Positions 1-10,200 of a stretch of DNA of 64,000 nucleotides are shown piece by piece; the first letter of the stretch is position 1; each line of letters begins with the position of its first letter. The stretch is from an uncultured virus (IMG/VR IMGVR_UViG_3300032295_002297) (Duplodnaviria; Heunggongvirae; Uroviricota; Caudoviricetes). Made by a program: the position numbers and the translations under genes. Where the stretch lies: the IMG/VR virus record IMGVR_UViG_3300032295_002297; one strand, written 5' to 3'. The notes beneath the pieces were generated by a model. That model worked only from the letters and a program-made list of their open reading frames with translations, was not told where the DNA came from and did no database searches.

Positions 1-3000
1 ATACAACCGCATCAATTATACCATCTGCATTAATAACTGCATCTAATAGTAGTTTTGATGTTGTGTTAGATATTGTAGAAAATGGAACGGGTTCGATTCC
101 ATATTTGGTTAAAAATACTATTGCATTAGTTAAGACAACTAATATAACTCAAATTACATCATCGCTTATTTCATCTAATGAAACTGTAACTGCGTTGAAT
201 TCTAACTTTGATATTGTTTTAGATATTGTTGAAAATGGAACAGGCTCATATACTTCATCAATTATACCTTATACAACCAGATCAATTGATGCGGATATAG
301 TAAGTGCATATAATGTATTGAAAGCTAACATACCATTTATTGTTTCAGAATCTATAGCATACTTAAGTTCATCTTGGAGCACGTTTGTTTACAACCAATC
401 ATCTTGTAGTAGAGATATTGCATTTATAGTTAGTGGAGCAGCTGAAGATTTAATATGGAATTCAAATTCAGCATCTATTGTAAATGGTAAGTTCTATTAC
501 GAATACCCATCCGCAGCAACAGGTTCACAATTACAACAAACATTAGATGGCATTCAATACGCTAAAAACTTATCAGATAGATTAGCTAGAAAAGCTGTAT
601 TCCAATCTGTTTCAAATGATAAATTAAAAGCAAAAGAACTTATTGTAAATAATAAAAACTTTATTGCTAACGAAGTGGTTGCTTATGTATCTGCAAGTTG
701 GGCTGGATTTGGTTACAACGAAGTAACTTGTAAGAGAGATGTTGGATTTATTTTAGATGCAGTAATTACTGATATAGTATATGGTGGTAATGAGAGAAGT
801 ATTGAAGCGGGTAGATATTATTATGATTATCCATCTCAGGCAATAACAACTCAATTAGGACCAACATTAAGTGGTATAAAGCACGCTAAGAATTTAACAA
901 AACAAATACTTAAGAATTCAACATTTGTAACTCCATCAACATCTGCACAAACAGCATATCAGTTGTTAATGAGTAATAAACAGTTTATTCAGGATGAAAC
1001 AATTGCATTTGTAAGTTCTTCTTGGAGTATGTTTAATTACAACGAAGCAAGTTGTAGTAGAGATACTGGTTATATCATAGATGCGGTAGCAACTGATGTT
1101 TTATATGGTGGTAACGAATCTGCGGCTAGAGCAGGTGAATACTATTATTTATATCCATCATTGGCAACTGTTGAGGGTGATGGTGATGGTGAAGGACAAT
1201 TAGGGCAAACATTAGATGGTGTAAAATACGCTAAAGGAATTGCACAAAAGATTGTATCAAACACATTGTTACAATCAGCAAGTATTTCACAATTAGCTGG
1301 ATATAATTTATTAAGACAAAATAAACAACTTATTCAAAGAGAAACAATCGCATTCTTAAGTTCATCTTGGAGTGGTATCGATGGGTTCTCTTACAATGAA
1401 GCAAGTTGTAGTAGAGATGTTGCTTATATCATTGATAACGTAGCAACTGATTTATTATATGGTGGAAACGAAAGAAGTTCTAAAGCTGGAGAATACTATT
1501 ACGAATATCCTTCAGCAGCCATTGTTAGTGGTTCAGTATCCCCAACTTCAACTGCACAATTAGGACCGACTGTTGATGGTATCAAATTTGCAGCTGGAGT
1601 AGCTAACAAAGTAATTCAAAATACAACTTTAGTAACTGCATCTCAATATGTTTTAGATACTACTTCATTGTTAACATCGAATAGAAGATTTATTCAAAAT
1701 GAAACAATTGAATTCGTAGATGCATTCTATCCTTATTTAAGATATAATAGAGAAAAGTGTAGAAGAGATGTTGGATTTATTTTAGATGCAGCAATAACTG
1801 ATTTAAAATATGGAGGTAATGAAAGAAGTGCAATAGCTGGAGATTACTATTTCAGATATCCAAATAAAGCAACAACATCAGAACAATTAACTGAAACTTT
1901 ACTTGCTATATTCTACGCTAAAGAATTAGCTAAAACAATAGCACAAAATAGTTTGTTAGGTAATCCTGAAATTGGATTGAATATTGATGGGAATATCAAA
2001 GTAACATCAGTAACTCAATACACATCTTCTATAAGTGCAAGTAATGTTGAAACTAATAATATATCGGCATCTATTTCAACTATAAACACTATAATTAGAA
2101 ATGGTGAAAGTTCAATTCCAACATTGGTTAAAAATGTAAACGGGTTAATTAAAGTAAATAACAATAATCAAATTACATCATCAATATCTGGAAGTATAAA
2201 TAACATTGCTGATGTGGTATCGGGATATGGATTAATTAGAGATATTGTTTATAACGGAACTAACTTTATAGCAGATGCTTTAGTATCTAATTACGCAGAA
2301 GATTATGGTTTCCATAACCAAACTCCAACTGTATATAACATTTCCGCACTAACACAAAGTTTAGGTAATATAAGTGGAAGTAGCACTTCATCAATTCAAT
2401 CTCAAATAAATGGTGTAACTTCTTCATATGAAACTATTATCAATATAGTTAGTGGTGGATTGAATGAATTACCAATTGTAATTAAAAATACAAATGATGC
2501 TATTAAAGTAACAAATCAAACTGTATTTACTTCAATTAAAAGTGGTAGTAGTTCAGATATAACTAAAGCTAATTCATTATATAATGTTGTATTGAATATT
2601 ATAGAAAGTGGAAGTTCAGCTATACCAACTTTATATCCAAATTCAACTTCATCTATTAAGGTAACAAATACACCACAAATATTTTCATCATCATATGGTG
2701 AAAGAATACATGGTAAGATAGTATCTGCTTCATTTGGTTTAGTTGCTAATATGTTGCAAAATGGAACTGGTTCAATAACATTAAAAACAGGTTCATTAAC
2801 ACCAAATACAAATACAAAAGTTAATACAGCTTATAATGTATTATTAGCTAATAAGCAAATGATTGTTGATGAAACTATTGCATTTATGAGTTCATCTTGG
2901 TCAACATTTGTTTACAATGAAGCAAGCTGTAGTAGAGATGTTGCATTAATTGTAAGTGGAGCAGCTTATGATCTTTTATATGGAGGAAACTCAGCATCGG

Positions 3001-6000
3001 TTGTTAATGGTAAATTCTATTACGAATACCCATCGGCAGCAACAGGTTCTCAATTAGATCAAACTATAACAGCTATTGGATACGCTGGTGGATTAGCAGA
3101 GAAGGTATTACAAGGTGTAACATACACTCATATATCAGCATCTGCACTACAAAATGTATCAGCTAGTTATGTTTTAATGAGAAACAATAAATCATTTATT
3201 GTATCAGAATCTATAGCATTCTTAAGTTCATCGTGGAGTGAATTCCAATACAACCAAGCGAGTTGTAGTAGAGATGTTGCATACATAATTGATGCGGTTT
3301 CTACTGACCTTTTATATGGTGGTAACGAAAGAAGTATAGTAGCGGGGGATTACTATTATAGATTCCCATCCGCAGCAACAGGTTCGCAATTACAACAAAC
3401 TTTAGATGGTATTGAATACTCAAAAGGTTTAGCAATAAACTTAATTTCAGGTTCAACTCCACAAACTGCATCGGCTGAAAGACAATATGTTTATAACTTA
3501 ATTTCTAATAATAGAGAATTTATTAGAACCGAAGGATTGGCTTATGTAAAAGCTAAATACGAAGATTTAATATATGATGAAACGAAATGTTTCAGAGATT
3601 TAGGATATATTTTAGATGCAGTTAGAACTGATGTTTTATATGGTGGTAATGAAAGAACGGCTAAAGCTGGAGAATTCTATTATCTATACCCATCATTGGC
3701 AACTGATTCTCAATTAACTGAAACATTAGATGCTATTAACTATACGGGATTAGTAACTGATAAAGTTATTAAGAGTAACTTAATAGAAAAACCTGAAGTT
3801 ATATCTAATAATGAATTGGCTATAAAAGTAACCAACGCATCACAATATATAACTGGTTCTGGTTTTGTAGGAACAATTAGTGAAGTTGCATCCGTATCTT
3901 CTTCTATTGGTATTGTTATGGATATTGTAGAGAACGGAACGGCTTCATATTCACCAACTCCATACACTTCACCATCAAATGACCCTAATGTATTAAATGC
4001 ATATAATTTATTAATACAAAATATACCATTTATACAATCGGAGAGTATTGCATATGTAAGTTCTTCTTGGAGCACATTTGTTTACAATCAGGCATCTTGT
4101 AGTAGAGATATTGGTTTAATTGTAAGTGGAGCAGCAGAAGATTTATTATATGGTTCTACATCAGCATCAATTGTAAATGGTAAATTCTACTATGAATATC
4201 CATCAGAAGCAACAGGTTCTCAATTACAACAAACATTAGATGGTATTAGATACGCTAGTGGTATGGCTCAAAAAATTGTGTTAAACACACCATTTGTAAC
4301 AGCATCATCAGCAACATCGGCATCTTATGGATTATTGAGAAACAACAAAACATTTATAGCAGATGAGGTTGTAAGTTATGTTTCTTCTTCTTGGAGTTCC
4401 GCATCTTACATTGAAACAACTTGTAAGAGAGATGTTGGTTTCTTAATTGATGCAGTTTCTACGGATATACTTTATGGTGGAAACGAAAGAAGTGTAATAG
4501 CTGGAAGGTATTATTATGATTACCCTTCTCAAGCAACAACTACACAAAAAGAACCAACGGCAACTGCTATTGAATACGCAGCTGATTTAAGTTCAAACAT
4601 CATTCAAAATAATGTGTTCGAAACTGCAAGTTCAGTAATTACGCAAGCTAGAAACATATTGAGATTAAATAAACCATTTATTCAGGCAGAAACGATAGCA
4701 TACATTAGTTCATCTTGGAGTCAATTCGCTTATAACGAAGCTAGTTGTTCTCGTGATACTGGATTCATAGTAGATGCGGTAGCAACTGATTTATTATACG
4801 GAGGAAATGAAAGAAGTTCTGAAGCTGGAAGATATTACTACTTATTCCCATCTGAAGCAACAACTGCACAATTAGAACCAACGATTGATGGTATAACTTA
4901 TGCAGGAAGAATAGCACAAAAGGTAATTAAGAATGTAGTATTCCAAACGGCATCACTTGAGGTATCGGCATCGGTTGATTTATTAAGAAAGAATAGAGCA
5001 TTCGTTCAGGCTGAAACAATTGAATATGTATCTTCATCTTGGTCACAGGTTGCATACAACCAAGCAAGTTGTAGTAGAGATGTAGGATTTATTGTAGATG
5101 CAGTAACTACTGACTTATTATATGGTGGTGAAGAAAGAACTGTAAACGCAGCTGATTTCTATTATAGATTCCCATCGAGAGCAACAGTTGCTGGAGTTCC
5201 ATCTGAAGCAAATCAATTAGATCCAACATTGACGGGTATTAGATACGCTGGTGGTGTTTCTTCTAAGTTGATATTAAACAATGTGTTTACATCACCATCT
5301 CAATCGGTATTAACGGCTAGACAATTGATAATTAATAATAAGAGATTGATTCAGGCTGAAACTATCGCATTCTTAAGTTCTTCTTGGAGCACATTAGAAT
5401 ACAACGAAGTAAGTTGTTCTCGTGACGTAGGATACATTATTGATGGTGTAGTAACGGATTTAGTTTATGGTGGAAACGAATCATCAATTCAAGCGGGTTC
5501 TTACTACTACTTTATTCCATCGGTAGCAATTCAACCTTCTTACACCGATAATGGTAAAGTTGGACAGAAGATACAAACTGTAGATGGTATCAATTTTGCT
5601 AGAGGTGTGGCTGAAAAGGTAGTAGCTAAACAACAATTGGTATTCCCTGGTGCTAGAAGATTAGAGGCAGCACAAAGGTTAGTAGCAGCTAAAGATGAAT
5701 TGAAGAGAGCAGCATTGAGTTATACTAATGGAGCATTCCCATTCTTAGTTTACAACGAAGCAAGTTGCTCTCGTGATACCGGATTGATAGTAGATGCATT
5801 GGCAACGGATTTAATCTATGGTGGTAATGAAAGAGGTATTGCAGCCGCATCATCATACTATAACGGTCAATATGGAAGTGCTATAGCTGTAACGAGAGAT
5901 CAAAGATTAGAAACTTTAGAAACAAATCGTTACTTAAGAACTAAAGCAGAATTCATAGCAGCAAATGCACCTAAAGAAGATTTCGGTTCTCTAATTGTGG

Positions 6001-6272
6001 CAACGGGTATTGACTACTCTTACAATGGTAGTGGTGTGACCTTTAAAGCATTACCTCCAAACCAAGGTGGTAGTGGAGTTCCTGACCCTGATTTTGAAAT
6101 TACTGAATTAGGTGGAGGTAGAATCTTCTTCACATCGGGTAATCAGGATGGTGACTTTAGAATTGGTACAGGATTGAGTATTAATCAGGCAACTGGTACT
6201 TTGGTGGGTAGAACATTTAGTAAATCTCTATTCTCATTAGTTACTCCATTCTCACTTGCTTTGGAAGGATAA
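1..6272 (+). CDS. Giant repetitive virion structural protein (5'-truncated) with 14 C-x-R-D...YGGN repeats resembling the phycobiliprotein/globin fold
   Basis: The frame is open from base 3 to TAA 6270-6272, so the GTG at 63 is probably internal. A ~105-115 aa unit recurs (L..NK.FI..E.IAY.SSSW..F.YNEASCSRD.GYI.DAV.TDLLYGGNERS..AG.YYY.YPS.A). It lies among tail-fibre genes. Confidence 0.8.
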   Translation, partial: TTASIIPSALITASNSSFDVVLDIVENGTGSIPYLVKNTIALVKTTNITQITSSLISSNETVTALNSNFDIVLDIVENGTGSYTSSIIPYTTRSIDADIVSAYNVLKANIPFIVSESIAYLSSSWSTFVYNQSSCSRDIAFIVSGAAEDLIWNSNSASIVNGKFYYEYPSAATGSQLQQTLDGIQYAKNLSDRLARKAVFQSVSNDKLKAKELIVNNKNFIANEVVAYVSASWAGFGYNEVTCKRDVGFILDAVITDIVYGGNERSIEAGRYYYDYPSQAITTQLGPTLSGIKHAKNLTKQILKNSTFVTPSTSAQTAYQLLMSNKQFIQDETIAFVSSSWSMFNYNEASCSRDTGYIIDAVATDVLYGGNESAARAGEYYYLYPSLATVEGDGDGEGQLGQTLDGVKYAKGIAQKIVSNTLLQSASISQLAGYNLLRQNKQLIQRETIAFLSSSWSGIDGFSYNEASCSRDVAYIIDNVATDLLYGGNERSSKAGEYYYEYPSAAIVSGSVSPTSTAQLGPTVDGIKFAAGVANKVIQNTTLVTASQYVLDTTSLLTSNRRFIQNETIEFVDAFYPYLRYNREKCRRDVGFILDAAITDLKYGGNERSAIAGDYYFRYPNKATTSEQLTETLLAIFYAKELAKTIAQNSLLGNPEIGLNIDGNIKVTSVTQYTSSISASNVETNNISASISTINTIIRNGESSIPTLVKNVNGLIKVNNNNQITSSISGSINNIADVVSGYGLIRDIVYNGTNFIADALVSNYAEDYGFHNQTPTVYNISALTQSLGNISGSSTSSIQSQINGVTSSYETIINIVSGGLNELPIVIKNTNDAIKVTNQTVFTSIKSGSSSDITKANSLYNVVLNIIESGSSAIPTLYPNSTSSIKVTNTPQIFSSSYGERIHGKIVSASFGLVANMLQNGTGSITLKTGSLTPNTNTKVNTAYNVLLANKQMIVDETIAFMSSSWSTFVYNEASCSRDVALIVSGAAYDLLYGGNSASVVNGKFYYEYPSAATGSQLDQTITAIGYAGGLAEKVLQGVTYTHISASALQNVSASYVLMRNNKSFIVSESIAFLSSSWSEFQYNQASCSRDVAYIIDAVSTDLLYGGNERSIVAGDYYYRFPSAATGSQLQQTLDGIEYSKGLAINLISGSTPQTASAERQYVYNLISNNREFIRTEGLAYVKAKYEDLIYDETKCFRDLGYILDAVRTDVLYGGNERTAKAGEFYYLYPSLATDSQLTETLDAINYTGLVTDKVIKSNLIEKPEVISNNELAIKVTNASQYITGSGFVGTISEVASVSSSIGIVMDIVENGTASYSPTPYTSPSNDPNVLNAYNLLIQNIPFIQSESIAYVSSSWSTFVYNQASCSRDIGLIVSGAAEDLLYGSTSASIVNGKFYYEYPSEATGSQLQQTLDGIRYASGMAQKIVLNTPFVTASSATSASYGLLRNNKTFIADEVVSYVSSSWSSASYIETTCKRDVGFLIDAVSTDILYGGNERSVIAGRYYYDYPSQATTTQKEPTATAIEYAADLSSNIIQNNVFETASSVITQARNILRLNKPFIQAETIAYISSSWSQFAYNEASCSRDTGFIVDAVATDLLYGGNERSSEAGRYYYLFPSEATTAQLEPTIDGITYAGRIAQKVIKNVVFQTASLEVSASVDLLRKNRAFVQAETIEYVSSSWSQVAYNQASCSRDVGFIVDAVTTDLLYGGEERTVNAADFYYRFPSRATVAGVPSEANQLDPTLTGIRYAGGVSSKLILNNVFTSPSQSVLTARQLIINNKRLIQAETIAFLSSSWSTLEYNEVSCSRDVGYIIDGVVTDLVYGGNESSIQAGSYYYFIPSVAIQPSYTDNGKVGQKIQTVDGINFARGVAEKVVAKQQLVFPGARRLEAAQRLVAAKDELKRAALSYTNGAFPFLVYNEASCSRDTGLIVDALATDLIYGGNERGIAAASSYYNGQYGSAIAVTRDQRLETLETNRYLRTKAEFIAANAPKEDFGSLIVATGIDYSYNGSGVTFKALPPNQGGSGVPDPDFEITELGGGRIFFTSGNQDGDFRIGTGLSINQATGTLVGRTFSKSLFSLVTPFSLALEG

Positions 6273-6274
6273 AC

Positions 6275-6283
6275 ATATTTATA
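6275..6283 (+). promoter_or_regulatory. Putative phage late promoter motif ATATTTATA
   Basis: The same motif recurs in intergenic gaps upstream of several structural genes (7229, 18634, 38969, 60708, 61179; variants at 41931 and 63589). Confidence 0.6.
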
Positions 6284-6311
6284 TAGGAAAATAAAATAAT
6301 AAAATAAAAAA

Positions 6312-7202
6312 ATGGCAGAAGTATTCGTACCGTTAAACCGATTCCAATCGGTTATATCAACCCTAACAGGAGAGGAAGATGAAGTTTATGTAGTTCCATC
6401 GGGAGTTTCTACTATTGTTTTGTCTGCCCAAATAACTAACAGAGGTGAGCAAACAGAAAAAGTTAATATATTAATAAAATCTAATAATGAATTAGCAGTT
6501 CCTAATTTTACGGGAGTAAATGCTACGGGTAGTTTCACATCGGCATCTGCCTTATTGGAACTTAACAAAAATTTTATAATAACAGAAACTTTAGCATATA
6601 CAACTTTTCAAAATAATTTATTGGAAGATCCATTAACATTGGATTTAAGTACCTATAGAAGTTATACGGATAAAAATTTATCCGCTGTTATATATGATAT
6701 TCAAAATAATACAACATTAAGAACTACTAAAGCAGCTAATTCTTATTATGATAAAAATGGAACATTTGGTTCTGGTTCAACGGGATTAATACCATTTAGT
6801 GAATATAGTTCTTCATTAAACGCAATTACATACGCAAACGAATTGGCAAAGCAAGTTGTAAAAAATGAATCAGTAACAGGTTCTGCATCTATAACACGTT
6901 TATATCAAAATTCAGTAACACAATCAATAGATACTAACTACACAACAAGTGGTTCGTTGTTATCTGGTTCTTTATTTTTAATCAATCAATTATATACCGT
7001 AATAGAGGAAAATATTCAAAATCCGGTTAGAGTTGCACAAGCTCCATTAGAATTTATAAAAAATAATGAAGTTCCAAAGCAAGATGCACTATCCCCAGTT
7101 GTGGCGGGTAAGTTGGTATTGGAGGATGGATATAGCTTGATAGTTTCAGGCTCGAACAACTTAACTGTAATTCTTTCTATTTTAGAGAGTGCAAATGAGT
7201 AA
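6312..7202 (+). CDS. Putative virion/tail adaptor protein, paralog of 19005..19337 with an inserted degenerate helical repeat
   Basis: The N-terminus (VYVVPSGVSTIVLSAQITN) and C-terminus (KLVLEDGYSLIVSG...VILSILE) match the 110-aa protein at 19005. The middle (LLELNKNFIITETLAY...AANSYY) resembles the upstream repeat without its Cys. Confidence 0.65.
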   Translation: MAEVFVPLNRFQSVISTLTGEEDEVYVVPSGVSTIVLSAQITNRGEQTEKVNILIKSNNELAVPNFTGVNATGSFTSASALLELNKNFIITETLAYTTFQNNLLEDPLTLDLSTYRSYTDKNLSAVIYDIQNNTTLRTTKAANSYYDKNGTFGSGSTGLIPFSEYSSSLNAITYANELAKQVVKNESVTGSASITRLYQNSVTQSIDTNYTTSGSLLSGSLFLINQLYTVIEENIQNPVRVAQAPLEFIKNNEVPKQDALSPVVAGKLVLEDGYSLIVSGSNNLTVILSILESANE

Positions 7203-7228
7203 AAAAATAACTATAATGTAGATTTTTT

Positions 7229-7237
7229 ATATTTATA
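7229..7237 (+). promoter_or_regulatory. Putative late promoter ATATTTATA
   Basis: Exact motif about 20 nt upstream of ATG 7257. Confidence 0.6.
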
Positions 7238-7256
7238 GCAAACCTTTTATATACGG

Positions 7257-10200
7257 ATGAGCAAAAGTAAATTATTGAGCGGAAGGGTAGTTGTCACCAA
7301 CCCCAAAGAAGTCTCTGACGATAGATATCAATTTTTAGATTTATCACAAGCAGAACCCAATTTAGGGGTTCCTGATTTTAGTGCTTCGTTAAGTGGCTCT
7401 CCCGCAATTGTGGTTTCTGATGACCAGGGTAATAGAGGATTTGTAAGAAGTTTAGATTTAGATAGAGTAAGTGGTAGTTTTACCGGTTCATTCTTAGGAG
7501 ATGGTTCTGATTTATTTAATCTACCAGCAGCAACATTTATTGCAAGTGGTTCAGCAACCGCATCTTTCGTAGATGGTGGTTTGGTTGTGAATACGGATAC
7601 TACTATTCAGGGTAATTTATATGTTTCTGAATCAATAATTGCTCAACAATTAATTGTAAATTTAGTATCATCTTCTGTAATTTATTCATCAGGTTCAAAT
7701 ATATTTGGTGATGCACCTTCAGATAAGCAAGAATTTACAGGTTCGGTAGAATTAAAAAATAATTTATTTGTTGAGGGAAATGTTTCAGCATCTATGTTCA
7801 CAGGTAGTGGAGCTGGATTATTTGATATACCTCGTTCCGCTTTTTCTGGTGATGCATTTAGAATTGCAAGTGGTAGTGTAACTGCCTCTGTATCTCCAAA
7901 CGAAGGATTTAAAGTAGAATCTGCAATTGTGGGTTCTCAGTTTACAGGCTCATTAAATTTAAGTGGTTCATCTACAACTTTAAGTTCTAGTTTATTTGTT
8001 AAAGGTGAATCGTTTTTCCAAAGTGGAGTATCATCATCCGTATTTAGTGGTAGTGGAGCTGGATTATTCGATATCCCTCGTTCCGCTTTAACTCCCGATG
8101 CTTTAGTAGCAACTATAATAGCAACTGGTTCTGTAACTGCATCTACTGATGTAGCTAGAGGATTTATTGTAAAATCAGCAGCAAGTGGTTCGGAGTTCAC
8201 AGGTTCTATAGAAATTAGTGGAAGTGTAACATTAGCATCTGGTTCAATATATAGTGGTAGTGGTGCTGGATTATTTGACATCCCTCGTTCCGCTTTAACT
8301 CCTGATGCATTATTATCAACATTATTAACAACAGGTTCAGTAACTGCATCGGTAACACCACAATTTGGATTTAAAGTTGAATCTACAATAAGTGGTTCTC
8401 AGTTTACGGGTTCTTTATTTGTAAGTGGAGCAAGAGGAATTGAAATAACATCGGGTTCATCTTACTCTGGTAGTGGAGCTAGATTGTTTGATATTCCATT
8501 AACGGCATTAACGCAAGAAGCACAGGATGCAATTAATGCAGTTGATGCAACAAAAATAGCTAGCGGTAGTGTAACAGCTTCAGTAAGTGATACTTTAGGA
8601 TTTGTTGTAAAATCGGTAGCAAGTGGTTCTACATTTAGTGGTAGTGTTTTTCTATCATCAGGTTCAATATTTAGTGGAAGTGGTGCTGGCTTATTTGATA
8701 TACCGAGAGCAGCTCTTTCACCTGATGCATTATTATCAACAATAATAGCTAGTGGTAGTGTATCTGCATCGGTATCGCCTGATTTAGGATTTGTAGTAAC
8801 TTCTATAGAAAGTGGTTCGCAATTTACAGGTTCATTATTTGTAAGTGGTGGAGTTGAAATAAATAGTGGTTCATCCTTTAGTGGAAGTGGTGCTAGATTA
8901 TTTGATATACCTTTAACGGCATTAACGCAAGAAGCACAAGATGCTTTAACTGCTGTTGATGCAACAAAAATATTTAGTGGTAGTGTAACTGCCTCAGTTA
9001 GTGATGAATTTGGATTTGTTGTAACTTCTGTAGAAAGTGGTTCAACATTTAGTGGTTCGGTATTTTTAAGTAGTGGTTCATTCTTTAGTGGAAGTGGAGC
9101 TGGTTTATTTGATATACCTCGTTCAGCATTAACACAAGATGCTCAAATATCATCTTTAATAGCTAGTGGTAGTATAACGGCATCGGTATCTCCGGATTTG
9201 GGATTTGTTGTTGTATCTGAAGAAAGTGGTTCTACATTTAGTGGTAGTATTTTCTTATCATCAGGTTCTTTCTTTAGTGGTTCGGGTGAAGGATTATTTA
9301 ACATCCCTCGTTCAGCCTTAACACAAGATGCACAAATATCATCTTTAATAGCTAGTGGTTCAGTAACCGCATCAGTAAGTCCTGATTTTGGATTTGTTGT
9401 TATTTCACCTGATAGTGGTTCAACATTTAGTGGAAGTATATTCTTATCATCGGGTTCATTCTTTAGTGGTAGTGGAGCTGGATTATTCGATATCCCTCGT
9501 TCCGCTTTAACGCCTGATGCTTTAGTAGCAACTACAATAGCTAGTGGTTCGGTAACTGCTTCTGTAAGTCCTGATTTTGGATTTGTAGTTGTATCATCTG
9601 ATAATGGCTCTGAATTTACGGGTTCGGTTGATGTTAGTGGAAGTGTAATTGCACAATTCTTTGTAGGTGATGGTTCTCAATTAATAAATGTTCCATCAGT
9701 TGAATCGGCAAAAATAGCAAGTGGTAGTGTAACGGCTTCAGTTTCACCTGATTTAGGATTTGTAGTAGAATCGCAAGCTAGTGGTTCAAAATTCTTTGGA
9801 AATATTGTTTTATCTAGCGGTTCATTCTTTAGTGGTAGTGGTGCGGGATTATTTGATATTCCACGTTCAGCGTTAACACCTGATGCACAAGTTGCAACGG
9901 TAATAGCTAGTGGTAGTGTAACCGCATCAGTATCCCCAAATAAAGGATTTGTAGTAACATCGGTTGTAAGTGGATCTGAATTTACAGGTTCGGTTGATGT
10001 GAGTGGTAGTGTAACTGCTCAATTTTTTATAGGAGACGGTTCTCAATTAACAAATATACCTGCTTTAGTTGCACCGAGAATTGCAAGTGGTAGTGTAACG
10101 GCATCTGCTGATGCAGATAGAGGATTTGTAGTAATATCAGCTGAAAGTGGTTCTGAATTTACTGGAAGTGTTAATATATTAGGTTTAGTATCGGCATCAG

